This document shows, one piece after another, positions 19,477 to 29,535 of a stretch of 64,000 nt of DNA (the first letter of the stretch is position 1; the number at the start of each line of letters is the position of its first letter). Below the pieces are notes generated by a model that saw only the letters and a program-made list of their open reading frames with translations, was not told the origin of the DNA and made no database searches. The position numbers were made by a program, and so were the translations under genes. The stretch is taken from positions 111 through 64,110 of the forward strand of contig CALVXP010000003.1 in the NCBI GenBank assembly GCA_944371525.1, written 5' to 3'. Source of the stretch: an uncultured Bacilli bacterium. Lineage in GTDB: Bacteria > Bacillota_I > Bacilli_A > RF39 > UBA660.

Positions 19477-22400
19477 TTACTCAATTTTTAAAATTACTGA
19501 ATCTATAATAGAATATAAATATAAAGATACTGGTTTACCGCTAATGCTTCTTACAAATTCTTGATAACCCTTTAACTGTAAAATATATTTATCATCATCC
19601 ACATTTTTTAATTTATAATCAATAATATCAATATGATTATCATATTCTAACATTAAATCAATTATACCATGATATTTAACATCATCTTTAAAATATATAA
19701 ATTCATATTCTTTATATATTTTAGCGTCCTTAATATTTTTAAATAAATCACTATTTACTAGCTTATCTATTTTTTCTTGATAGAAATAATTGTCTAGTTT
19801 AGTTATATTCTTAAAATCAGTATTTTCTAAAATTTCATGCATTTTTAAACCTAATTCAATATTGTTTTTTGTTTCTATATCTATAAGTTCATGCATCTTT
19901 TTTGAAAAACTACTACTTTCTATTTCTATATTACTAATGTCTATATTTTTAACATCTAATTTTGTAACATTTTCTTCAATACTACTTTCAAAGTTACCTG
20001 ATTTAATAATATTATAATCCTTAGACATTTTTAGTTTATCTAGTTCTATCTTAGTAATATAACTATCAAGTCTATTTCTAATCGAATAGATAAAATCACC
20101 AAGAGTACGATACTCTTCTTTTTTCTCATCTTTTAAAACTACTTCATTATCCAAATCGTCTATATCTTTATTAGGTAACACTACTACCATTTTTTCTTTA
20201 GCACGAGTTACTGCAACATAAAAAAGTCTTATTTTTTCAGAAATTTCTTCTAATAAATAATCATTTTTTAATAATGTTTTATATATTGTTTCACCAATTC
20301 CTTCATCAAAAAATGGTGTAACTATTCCTATTCTATTATTATACAAAAATTTTTCATTTAATTCTCGAAGATTAAATCTTTTATACATATTAGGGAAATA
20401 ACAAACATGATATTCAAGTCCTTTTGATTTATGAATAGTCATTATTTTAACGGCATCACCAAAATCATTATTTACTTGATACTTCATTGTATAATTTTCT
20501 TTAACTAGTTTATCCAAGTGTTCTGAAAACATTCTTGGAGTATAACCTAAAACACTTAAAGAATTAGACATATCTAATATTTTATCAATCTTAATTATAC
20601 TAGTATCTATATTTCCTATTGTTATTAATTTTTCGTAAAAGTTAAATGCTTTTATAATTATATTTAATAATTCGTTAACAGAAATATTATTAATCTTTTT
20701 ACTTATTTCATAACTCTTCTTATATAATTCATTATCTTTAAAATTATTACTTAAAAAGTACTTAAAGATATTATCATCTGTTTCATTAATTATAAAACTA
20801 CGCATCAAACTTACAAATAAATATTTAAATGTTGTATCATACTCATGATTAGCAATTTTTATAATAAATTTAAGTAAATTATTTAAAACATAAACATCCT
20901 TATCATTGTTCATTTTTTCTTCTTTCAAAATATTTAAAGGTATTTGTTTATATTCAAAAATTTTCTTAAATAAATCAAAAGTAGAAGATCTATCTATTAA
21001 TATAGCAAAATCACTATATTTTATATCTCTAAGAATAAGTTCATCTTTATCAAACACTTGATAATGAGATTCTACTTTCTTTTTTATGTCATCAGCAATT
21101 ATAAAGCATTCTATTTCTTCCATAGTAAAGTCACTATCTTTATCATAATCGTATTCTAATATATCTATATTATAATTTTGATTAGTATTTCCTTCGTTTA
21201 TATAAGCATTATTCCCAAATACCATTTGATGTGTACTTATATAATCTGCACCCCCTATTAAATCACTCATGATCAAGTTAAACATCAAATTAACATTATC
21301 AAGTACTTCTCTTCTCGATCTAAAATTTTTATTTAAATCAATTTTAATACCGCCATTATTTACGGAATAATTATCATATTTATTTTTAAATATATTAGGG
21401 TTTGCATTTCTAAAACGATATATTGATTGCTTAATATCCCCCACCATGTAAACATTATTATTAGATATATAACTTATAAATTCTTCCTGCAAATCATTAG
21501 TATCTTGATACTCATCTATCATTATTTCATTAAAACTATTCTTTACTTCTTCTCTAACTTCTGGAAATTCTCTTACTAATTTTATCGATAATAAAGCTAT
21601 ATCGTTAAACTCATACGCATCATTATCGAATTTAAATTTATTTACTTTATCATCAAATTCTAAAATTATATCAATAATAGCTCTAATATAATCTTTAGTA
21701 AGTAAAATAGTATTTTTTATGTATTCTACATTTTCATATACACACATTTTCCCTAAATTCTTTATAATATCACTAAGTTTTTCTTTAACTTTTTTGCCTT
21801 CATCACTAGTTCCTTTAGGAATTCTAGGAATAGAAACATTTAAGGAATCTTTTATTTCATCATAAGTATTAGCATTTAATAACTTATCTAATGATTCATA
21901 TAATTTATTCATATAGTCACTATCAAAATAACTAGATAATTCATTACATATCCTTTCTATTTTATCTCTTTCTTTTTTTATTAAATCTAAATACTTATTA
22001 ACATCTTTTTCTATTTTCCCTAAAGTAAAATTCGTTTCTATATAATTAGATAAGTATTCTTTTTTGTTTGGTAGCATATCTAACTTATTACTTATTGCTA
22101 ATATTTCTTTTTGAATATTTTTATCATCTTTAACACAAAAATCATCTATTAAATGTAAAAACAATTTATCTCCCTGTAAATATTTATTTTCAAATATTTC
22201 ATTCATTATTTCTTCTTTTTTTATAGTTATTACAGCTTCGTCAATTATATTCACATTAGGAGATATATTTAATAAATAATTATACTTTTTTACTATGGAT
22301 AAAGCAAAGCTATCAAAAGTCGTTATATAAGAAGCATCTATCATATCAAGTTCTGAAAGTAAATCTTCTTCTTTACTAATTTTTTTTCTAATTCTTTGTT

Positions 22401-22599
22401 TCATTTCAGCAGCTGCAGCCTTAGTAAATGTTAAAAGCAATAATTCATTAATATGAACTCCACCTTTTAACTTACGAATAACTCTCTCACTTAAAACAGC
22501 AGTTTTCCCAGAACCTGCTCCCGCACTAACGATAATATTATTTCCTTCTTCGTTAATTGCTAAACTTTGTTCTTTTGTCCAACTAGGCATCATTTTCAC
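19477..22599 (-). CDS. addA: ATP-dependent helicase/nuclease subunit AddA
   Basis: UvrD-type motifs are present (AGAGSGKT, DEYQDT) along with a C-terminal PD-(D/E)XK motif (GIIDLM...DIIDYK). The gene overlaps the addB stop. Confidence 0.9.
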   Translation of the reverse strand: MKMMPSWTKEQSLAINEEGNNIIVSAGAGSGKTAVLSERVIRKLKGGVHINELLLLTFTKAAAAEMKQRIRKKISKEEDLLSELDMIDASYITTFDSFALSIVKKYNYLLNISPNVNIIDEAVITIKKEEIMNEIFENKYLQGDKLFLHLIDDFCVKDDKNIQKEILAISNKLDMLPNKKEYLSNYIETNFTLGKIEKDVNKYLDLIKKERDKIERICNELSSYFDSDYMNKLYESLDKLLNANTYDEIKDSLNVSIPRIPKGTSDEGKKVKEKLSDIIKNLGKMCVYENVEYIKNTILLTKDYIRAIIDIILEFDDKVNKFKFDNDAYEFNDIALLSIKLVREFPEVREEVKNSFNEIMIDEYQDTNDLQEEFISYISNNNVYMVGDIKQSIYRFRNANPNIFKNKYDNYSVNNGGIKIDLNKNFRSRREVLDNVNLMFNLIMSDLIGGADYISTHQMVFGNNAYINEGNTNQNYNIDILEYDYDKDSDFTMEEIECFIIADDIKKKVESHYQVFDKDELILRDIKYSDFAILIDRSSTFDLFKKIFEYKQIPLNILKEEKMNNDKDVYVLNNLLKFIIKIANHEYDTTFKYLFVSLMRSFIINETDDNIFKYFLSNNFKDNELYKKSYEISKKINNISVNELLNIIIKAFNFYEKLITIGNIDTSIIKIDKILDMSNSLSVLGYTPRMFSEHLDKLVKENYTMKYQVNNDFGDAVKIMTIHKSKGLEYHVCYFPNMYKRFNLRELNEKFLYNNRIGIVTPFFDEGIGETIYKTLLKNDYLLEEISEKIRLFYVAVTRAKEKMVVVLPNKDIDDLDNEVVLKDEKKEEYRTLGDFIYSIRNRLDSYITKIELDKLKMSKDYNIIKSGNFESSIEENVTKLDVKNIDISNIEIESSSFSKKMHELIDIETKNNIELGLKMHEILENTDFKNITKLDNYFYQEKIDKLVNSDLFKNIKDAKIYKEYEFIYFKDDVKYHGIIDLMLEYDNHIDIIDYKLKNVDDDKYILQLKGYQEFVRSISGKPVSLYLYSIIDSVILKIE

Positions 22600-24964
22600 C
22601 TCCTAAAAATTCGGCATTTTTATATTCTTTTAATTCAACTATATCTTTTTGTTCCATATAACATATATCATTAAAATTACAATATTTGCATCCAATGTTT
22701 TCTTTACCAATTTTTTTAGGATTTATATCAAATGAAACATCTAAAATATTATCTCTCGCTTCTTCTATTTTTTTGTCAACTAAATCAATTAAATTATCAA
22801 TTTGTTCATTATTAATAACTTTAGAATAACTATAAAATCCAGTTTTAGTTGTTTTTAAAGATTTAATCATATTGCTATTATCATAACTATCATCAAGTTC
22901 TCTTAATATTTCTGTATTATCATTACTATAACCTTGAAGTTTTAATCCTTCTTCTAACAAACTAGTATATGTATGTTTATAATCTTTAACTATTTCTTTA
23001 TTTAATATTTTTTGTAAATAAAATCCCGCTATTTCAACATTATTTATTTTTTCCATATTTTTACTTAAATATAAATATACAGGTAATTGAAGCCCTAATC
23101 CATAAATAACATTATTAATATTAATATCAGGATTTCCGGTTTTATAATCAATAATACAAACAATAGTATTATTACCTTTTTCTTCATACAATACCTTATC
23201 TATTATTCCATTAAAAGTTACTTTTACTGTACCACTTTTATCTACACAAACTTTTTCTTCATACATTGCCTTATTTAAGCTAGTATATTGATATTGTTTT
23301 TTTATTGTATCAATAACAAACTTTAAATCTTCTTTTGCTTTTTTTATAAAGTATAATTCCTTATTAGAAAACTCATATGTCTGCTTTTCTAAAAAAGTAT
23401 TATATTCTTTATCTAAGTCAAATTCTTCTGCAAATGCTTTTGACAACACTTCATGAAACAAAGTCCCTAAAATGGTCATAAATGTTTCTTCATAAGGATT
23501 TAATTTTAAAATGTTATTTAAATAATATCTAAATCCACATTTAAAATAATTATCCATACTAGTATAAGACAATGACAATTCATTTTTTATGTATTTAGTA
23601 AATTCTTCTTTGTCTATCTTTTTATACTCATTATTATATTCTAAATAATTTATATTTTTATAATTATTATATAATAATGATAAGTCTTTATCTTTTACAC
23701 CAAACTTTACTAATTTATCAATATTTGATGCTAATTTTATTTTATTTGCTTTATCAGAATAAGTATAAAATAAATTGTCTTCTTTTATTATATCAAGTTT
23801 TAATTCATCATTTAAGTTAGAAATAGTATAACTTTCTGTATTATTTGATAATTTATAAGTAATTATTAAATTTTTTATATTATTTATTTTCGAAATAATA
23901 TATTCTTTTTCCATTTTATTTTTAATTGTAGAAGTCGTTAACCCTAACCCTGATTTTAATTTATCACTTAAATATTCTTCATCTTTATATATTGTTGGAA
24001 TAATACCATAGTTAAATCCTAATATAAAAATATAATTATCATCATCTACTTCATTATCAAAACTAATTAACTTAACACTATTTTTAAGTTCTTTTGTCTT
24101 TATATTAGTATTTTTCATATCATGAATAATTAATTCTTTTACTTCCAATAAGTTGTTTGCCCATACATATTTATTACAAATATTTATTAATTTATTAATG
24201 ATATCAACATTATCTTCATTATTATCAAATTTATTTTTAATATTATCAAAAACACTATCACCATTAATATTTTCTAAAAAGTAATTACCTATTTCTGTGC
24301 TATAAATACTTCCTTCACTAGGTAATGATACAGGAATATTATAAATTTCTGAATATCTTTTCATTATTCCATAATAGTCATTAGTAAGTCCCATTATTTT
24401 TATTTTATTTATATCTATACCCTTATTTATTAAATCTGCAATATGTTCAAACACATACTCTACTTCATCTTTAATTGTCTTAAATTCATATATATTTTTA
24501 TGTTTATATTTTGGTTCTAATATAGAAACAATATTTATATCATCACTTAATTTTTTTAACATTTTTTTATCAAAATCACTAATAAAGTGATATCCATATA
24601 CAATAATTTTCTTATTTTTATATTCGTTATATAGACTAATAATATTTAATTTATTATCTACTATTTCTTTTTGTATATCTAATAATTTTTTTATTTTTTG
24701 TTCTTTAACTTCACTATCACTAACATAAATAATATTATCTAAATATATTTTAGCAACATCATATTTTATATTATATTTACTCATTAAATAAAATATTGCT
24801 TTTTCATCATAATCAAATATAATTTTTCTTCTTAATTCTTCTAATGAAATGTATTTTATATTCGTAAGAGGCTTTTCTTTTGTTACAGTAGTTATTACTT
24901 CTTCTTTAATACTACTTGGAATAACTAAAACAGTACCATCTTCAATATAGTCTAGATAACTCAC
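22583..24964 (-). CDS. addB: ATP-dependent helicase/nuclease subunit AddB
   Basis: 793 aa. The C-terminal nuclease carries an Fe-S Cys pattern (CGFRYY...CKYCNFNDIC) and an IIDYKTG motif. Confidence 0.88.
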   Translation of the reverse strand: MSYLDYIEDGTVLVIPSSIKEEVITTVTKEKPLTNIKYISLEELRRKIIFDYDEKAIFYLMSKYNIKYDVAKIYLDNIIYVSDSEVKEQKIKKLLDIQKEIVDNKLNIISLYNEYKNKKIIVYGYHFISDFDKKMLKKLSDDINIVSILEPKYKHKNIYEFKTIKDEVEYVFEHIADLINKGIDINKIKIMGLTNDYYGIMKRYSEIYNIPVSLPSEGSIYSTEIGNYFLENINGDSVFDNIKNKFDNNEDNVDIINKLINICNKYVWANNLLEVKELIIHDMKNTNIKTKELKNSVKLISFDNEVDDDNYIFILGFNYGIIPTIYKDEEYLSDKLKSGLGLTTSTIKNKMEKEYIISKINNIKNLIITYKLSNNTESYTISNLNDELKLDIIKEDNLFYTYSDKANKIKLASNIDKLVKFGVKDKDLSLLYNNYKNINYLEYNNEYKKIDKEEFTKYIKNELSLSYTSMDNYFKCGFRYYLNNILKLNPYEETFMTILGTLFHEVLSKAFAEEFDLDKEYNTFLEKQTYEFSNKELYFIKKAKEDLKFVIDTIKKQYQYTSLNKAMYEEKVCVDKSGTVKVTFNGIIDKVLYEEKGNNTIVCIIDYKTGNPDININNVIYGLGLQLPVYLYLSKNMEKINNVEIAGFYLQKILNKEIVKDYKHTYTSLLEEGLKLQGYSNDNTEILRELDDSYDNSNMIKSLKTTKTGFYSYSKVINNEQIDNLIDLVDKKIEEARDNILDVSFDINPKKIGKENIGCKYCNFNDICYMEQKDIVELKEYKNAEFLGGENDA

Positions 24965-25968
24965 TTATTATCACCATCCATAATTTCTTTAAACATTGAA
25001 CTAGCATATTTAGATATATCAGATACATCTTTCATTTTATATTTCTTACCTATATTAGTAAAATAGTCTTTCATAGTATCTGTATCAATAATATTTGATG
25101 AATATTCTTCTTCACTTAATTCTTTTCTTCCTTCTTCCCATGGAATAGTAGTATGTGTCATTTTTTCTAATATTTTACCGCTGTAAACACCAAAATTATT
25201 TATAACAGAATCTATTAATTTAAGTTCTTTTTCATTTAAAGAATCTATCTCGTTATAACTTTCAAATTCATTTTTAGAAATAGGATTATACCTATAATAA
25301 CTAAATCTATCGTAGATTTCTCGATATACAGGTCCATGTACCCAAGCTTCAGCATTATCATTAAATATAGGTTTATCAAAGAAGTAAGTAGAAAATCCCT
25401 GAATATAATATAATATTTTTTGAAGAGCAAGTGGCGTTATATCTTCCATCTTCGCAATAATATGCTTAGATATTAAATATATTTTAGATTGATCTTCTGT
25501 TAATTTAAGTTCCATAATTTTCCCAAGCGTCTTCTTATATGCTACTTTTGTTATTAGATCTTTATTTTTTTCTAAATATTCATATAAAGTATTTGGATCT
25601 TCCAATACTTTTTTTAATATATCAGAATATGCTTTTTCTGGAGTACTTCCTTCTAAGTATCTAATAATTGTTACTTCTCCCCACCCCAAAACTAGAGAAA
25701 GTGGTTTTTTCCCTATTGCGTATTTATTTAATATTTTTTCTATTTCTTTTATAGTAATAACACCATTAATTTCTTTTACTTTTTCCGAATATTCTAGCAT
25801 ATTTTGATCATATAATTTCTCTACATAAACTTCATTATTACATTTTTTACAAATAGCATAAAATTCATTAAATAACACTATTTTATTATTAATTATTTCT
25901 TCTTTAATTCTTTTCTTTATTTTATATTCCACTAATTCGTTACATATTTCACAAAAAGTTTTACTCAC
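24961..25968 (-). CDS. Antitoxin-like protein: MqsA/YgiT-type zinc ribbon + HTH + DUF4065 (SocA/Panacea) domain
   Basis: The N-terminus is CEICN...CKKCN. The middle is ITIKEIEKILNKYAIGKKPLSLVLGWGEVTIIRYLEG. The DUF4065-like part is LQKILYYIQGFSTYFFDKPIFNDNAEAWVHGPVYREIY. The stop overlaps the addB start by 4 nt. Confidence 0.7.
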   Translation of the reverse strand: MSKTFCEICNELVEYKIKKRIKEEIINNKIVLFNEFYAICKKCNNEVYVEKLYDQNMLEYSEKVKEINGVITIKEIEKILNKYAIGKKPLSLVLGWGEVTIIRYLEGSTPEKAYSDILKKVLEDPNTLYEYLEKNKDLITKVAYKKTLGKIMELKLTEDQSKIYLISKHIIAKMEDITPLALQKILYYIQGFSTYFFDKPIFNDNAEAWVHGPVYREIYDRFSYYRYNPISKNEFESYNEIDSLNEKELKLIDSVINNFGVYSGKILEKMTHTTIPWEEGRKELSEEEYSSNIIDTDTMKDYFTNIGKKYKMKDVSDISKYASSMFKEIMDGDNK

Positions 25969-25981
25969 TTATATCATCTCC

Positions 25982-26374
25982 CTATATAAACATATATTCT
26001 AAATTATGAAGTGCTTCATGAAATGAAACAACAATTGCTGTTCTTTTAACTTCAATATAATTAATTTTTAAATATACTTGCATATCTTGCCTTTGTCCTT
26101 TTAAATCTACAAGTTTAAGTTTTGGAGCAAATACATATAATTTCTCATTTTCATATCCTGGATGCTCATTAAAAAGTACTGACGAAAAATCTTCTACTGT
26201 AAGTTTACTTATAATGTTTTTAAGTATTTTACTGTTTATAGCAAATTTTTTACAAAATTCCATATTTTTACCGCGATTAGATAAAACAAGATATCCATTA
26301 GTTATGATATTCTTTTTTATCTTTTGTAAAAGTATTTCTACTTCTTCTTTTGTTACTTCACATACCAAATTCAA
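25982..26374 (-). CDS. MqsR-family-like toxin
   Basis: LTVEDFSSVLF...QVYLKINYIEVKRTAIVVSFHEA parallels E. coli MqsR LSESDFYKSMT...QVYLKITVIHDVLIVSFKEK (recalled from memory). The toxin gene precedes the antitoxin gene, as in mqsRA. The start is uncertain; TTG at 26372-26374, 8 nt after GGGAG, is my best guess. Confidence 0.6.
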   Translation of the reverse strand: MNLVCEVTKEEVEILLQKIKKNIITNGYLVLSNRGKNMEFCKKFAINSKILKNIISKLTVEDFSSVLFNEHPGYENEKLYVFAPKLKLVDLKGQRQDMQVYLKINYIEVKRTAIVVSFHEALHNLEYMFI

Positions 26375-26398
26375 GAATATCACTCCCTATCTATATTC

Positions 26399-26427
26399 AT
26401 TATAGCATTGTTACAACTCTATGTCAA
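26399..26427 (-). promoter_or_regulatory. Consensus SigA promoter in front of the toxin-antitoxin-addBA string
   Basis: On the minus strand: TTGACA (26422-26427), 17-nt spacer ending in TGC, TATAAT (26399-26404). This gives an extended -10. Confidence 0.65.
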
Positions 26428-26430
26428 CAA

Positions 26431-26456
26431 AAAAGTATCAAAAGATACTTTTTTAT
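26431..26456. terminator. Bidirectional intrinsic terminator (ends the ynbB-like transcript)
   Basis: AAAAGTATC-AAAA-GATACTTTT is flanked by A-runs on the left and T-runs on the right. Confidence 0.65.
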
Positions 26457-26754
26457 GTGTTAAATATTTTAAAATTTAATTAATTAAAAAATATATATTA
26501 AAACCACAACATTAATAAATACTTTTGTACAAACTTAACAAAAAAACAGGCCTCTATAATATAATCAATAATACTACTAAAAACCAATCATATCATATTC
26601 AACCTATTTTATTAATATAAACATTGAAAAGAACTCTGCTACTGTGTCTGATGCTAAATATCCCCAGACTAACGCCCAAAACGAACAGCAGTACAAGTTC
26701 TTCAACACAATAGTAACATAAATAAAAATAATAATCAAATCACATAGTTATCAT

Positions 26755-27990
26755 TTAATGTAATTTATTAAGCACATTCATAATAGCAATTTTACCATAT
26801 TCATAAGTTAAACTTCCTTGTTGATATGCTATATACGGACTTCTAATCGGTCCATCACAAGATAATTCTATAGAACTTCCTTGAGTAAAAGTACCTGCTG
26901 CCATAATAACTTTATCAGTATATCCCGGCATATCCCAAGGTTCAGGAACAACATATGAGTCAACCGGACTAGATTCTTGAATACTACTTACATATTTGAT
27001 TAATTTATCTTTATCATTAAATATAATATTTTGAACTATATCAGCTCTTTCTTCATTATATTTAGGTTCTACTTCATATCCTTCCTTTTCCATTACATAA
27101 CTAGTAAGTATTGCAGTTTTAAGAGCACTAGCTACTACACTTGGAGCCATATATAAACCTTGCAATAATTGTTTATTCATACCCAAAGAAGGACCTACCT
27201 CTTTAGCTTCGCCAGGCAAATTTAATCTTTCACTAGCAAGATATACTAAGTCTTTTCTACCTACAATATATGCACCATTTGCAGCAATTCCTCCACCTAA
27301 ATTTTTAATTAAAGAACCAACCACAATATCAGCACCTACTTCTATTGGCTCTTTTTTAGACACAAATTCACAATAACAATTATCAATCATTATAATTACA
27401 TCTTTATTAATATTTTTAATAAATTTAATTACTTTTTCCACTTTATCTATACAAATACTTTTTCTAGTAGAATACCCCCTACTTCTTTGAATTTCAATTA
27501 CTTTAATTCTATTTTTTCTAAGACATTTTTCAATAGCATCATAATCAAAATCATCATTAATTAAATCTATTTGTTTATAATCTATATTAAAACTTTTTAA
27601 AGAACTATTATTTTCTACTATTCCAATTACCTCATCTAATGTATCATAAGGTTTACCTGTTATACTTAAAAAAATATCTCCTGGTCTTAATAATGCAAAT
27701 AAACAAACTGTTAAAGCGTGAGAACCTGATATAAACTGACTTCTAACAAGTGCATCTTCTGCTTTAAATATATCAGCATATATCTTTTCTATTACATCTC
27801 TTCCTTCATCATTATAACCGTACCCTGTTGTACTATTAAAGTGATTTTCACTAAGATTATTTTTATTAAAAGCTGTTAATACTTTTAAACTATTTGCTTC
27901 AGCAATTTCATCTACTTTCTCTAATTCATCTTTTAATTCTTTTTCACACTTTTTTACATATTTATATGCTTCTTCACTAATTTTTAACAT
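26755..27990 (-). CDS. Methionine gamma-lyase family protein (YnbB / aluminium-resistance-protein family, PLP fold)
   Basis: 411 aa. A characteristic TGYGYNDEGRD N-terminal motif is present, and the layout is PLP fold-type I. Confidence 0.8.
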   Translation of the reverse strand: MLKISEEAYKYVKKCEKELKDELEKVDEIAEANSLKVLTAFNKNNLSENHFNSTTGYGYNDEGRDVIEKIYADIFKAEDALVRSQFISGSHALTVCLFALLRPGDIFLSITGKPYDTLDEVIGIVENNSSLKSFNIDYKQIDLINDDFDYDAIEKCLRKNRIKVIEIQRSRGYSTRKSICIDKVEKVIKFIKNINKDVIIMIDNCYCEFVSKKEPIEVGADIVVGSLIKNLGGGIAANGAYIVGRKDLVYLASERLNLPGEAKEVGPSLGMNKQLLQGLYMAPSVVASALKTAILTSYVMEKEGYEVEPKYNEERADIVQNIIFNDKDKLIKYVSSIQESSPVDSYVVPEPWDMPGYTDKVIMAAGTFTQGSSIELSCDGPIRSPYIAYQQGSLTYEYGKIAIMNVLNKLH

Positions 27991-28048
27991 TATATACCTC
28001 CACTACTATTTTCTTGCCTATATATATTATATTAAAAAAAAAGAAAAA

Positions 28049-28083
28049 AACAATATCAAAAGATATTATTGATATTGTTTTTT
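28049..28083. promoter_or_regulatory. Terminator-like hairpin in the divergent region upstream of the ynbB-like gene (possible attenuator)
   Basis: AACAATATCAA-N9-TTGATATTGTT has flanking A and T runs. A nested alternative hairpin is AATATC-AAAA-GATATT. On the minus strand the element lies about 40 nt before the GGAGG RBS. Confidence 0.4.
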
Positions 28084-28198
28084 AATCACAATTATAATTA
28101 CTATTTATTAATTTTAACTTGCTTTGTAATACTATTACTAAATTAGAAATTGTTTTAGCAAGTAAAATTAAATTATCTAAAAATTTATGTAACAAATC

Positions 28199-29494
28199 AT
28201 GCGAGTAGCCATACTAACAATGTTTAATGGGTTGAGTCAAACTTATTCACTTGTAAATGTTGTTGCAGAACACATAAAAATGTTTTTAGATAACAACATA
28301 GACACTACAATCATCGTTAGTGAAACAATTAATGATAATGAAAAATGGGGAATATTTTTAGATAAAAGACTTAAATGGATAAAAATTGTAAATAAATTAA
28401 ATGGTAAACAAATAAAATGGTATGACTATAATAATTCAAAATGTACATTACATAATACATTTTATGATGAAGTAGACATAATTGCTAATGATTTTGAAAA
28501 TAAGTTAAAAGATTTTGACTTTTGTTTTATGCACGATGTTTTGTATCAAGGATGGCATTATATCCATAATATAGCTATTAGAAAAGCTCAAAAAAAATTA
28601 CCTAATTTAAAATTTATATCGTTTACACAATCTTTCCCTGTAACTAGACCAAAAGATATAGATAAAGAGTTTGAAGGAAGATATACTAGTATGCCTAATA
28701 CTATTTTTGCATACCCTACAAAGTCAGGGCTTAATGTCTTAGCTAATCAATATAATGTTCCTATAAATAAATGTGTTGTTATTAATAATAGTATTCCTAT
28801 ATTAGATTTTCTAGATAACGATATAAAAAAATTAAATAAAAAAACTAATTTTATCGATGCAGACATTTTAATTGTATATCCAGGAAGGCTTACACCTAGT
28901 AAAAAATTTGAACATGTATCCTCTTTAGTAGGTACAATAAAAGAAATATCTAATAAAACAGTTAAGATAATTTTCTGTGATTTTAATTGTATGGATGTAA
29001 ATAGTAATACTTATAAAAAATATATAATTAATGAAGGAATAAATTATGGATTAAATAAAGAAGATATTATTTTTACTAGTGATTATGGATATGAAAAAGG
29101 TTTTCCGCGAAAAGCTGTACTTGATTTATTTACCCTATCAAACCTATATATATGCCCATCATTTTCAGAATCTTTTGGTCTTACTGTATTAGAAGCTGCT
29201 AGTCGTGGAAACTTTATTATATTAAATAAAAAAGTTCCCGCTTTAGAGGAACTAGGTAATAATATTCATGCTTATTTTATGTGCTGGGAAGCAAAAAATA
29301 ATGGATACGATACAATAGAAACATATTATCCAAGTAAAAAAGATTATTACATTGAACACGCAAAAAACATTCGAAAAGAATTAAACAATCCTGTTATTTT
29401 AGCTAAAACTAAAATAAGAACTAATTTTAATAATAAAGCAATATTTAATAAACAAATTAAACCATTATTAGAAAATTATAATTTATATAAATAA
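28199..29494 (+). CDS. GT-B fold glycosyltransferase (GT4-like)
   Basis: The C-terminal half has PSFSESFGLTVLEAASRGN, the E-x7-E-type donor-binding motif. Confidence 0.65.
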   Translation: MRVAILTMFNGLSQTYSLVNVVAEHIKMFLDNNIDTTIIVSETINDNEKWGIFLDKRLKWIKIVNKLNGKQIKWYDYNNSKCTLHNTFYDEVDIIANDFENKLKDFDFCFMHDVLYQGWHYIHNIAIRKAQKKLPNLKFISFTQSFPVTRPKDIDKEFEGRYTSMPNTIFAYPTKSGLNVLANQYNVPINKCVVINNSIPILDFLDNDIKKLNKKTNFIDADILIVYPGRLTPSKKFEHVSSLVGTIKEISNKTVKIIFCDFNCMDVNSNTYKKYIINEGINYGLNKEDIIFTSDYGYEKGFPRKAVLDLFTLSNLYICPSFSESFGLTVLEAASRGNFIILNKKVPALEELGNNIHAYFMCWEAKNNGYDTIETYYPSKKDYYIEHAKNIRKELNNPVILAKTKIRTNFNNKAIFNKQIKPLLENYNLYK

Positions 29495-29535
29495 AAGATT
29501 GTTAGAAATCTATTATAACTAACAATCTTTTTTAT
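29495..29535. terminator. Bidirectional terminator between convergent genes
   Basis: AAGATTGTTAG (29495-29505) pairs with CTAACAATCTT (29519-29529) to form an 11-bp stem. T-runs follow. Confidence 0.7.
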
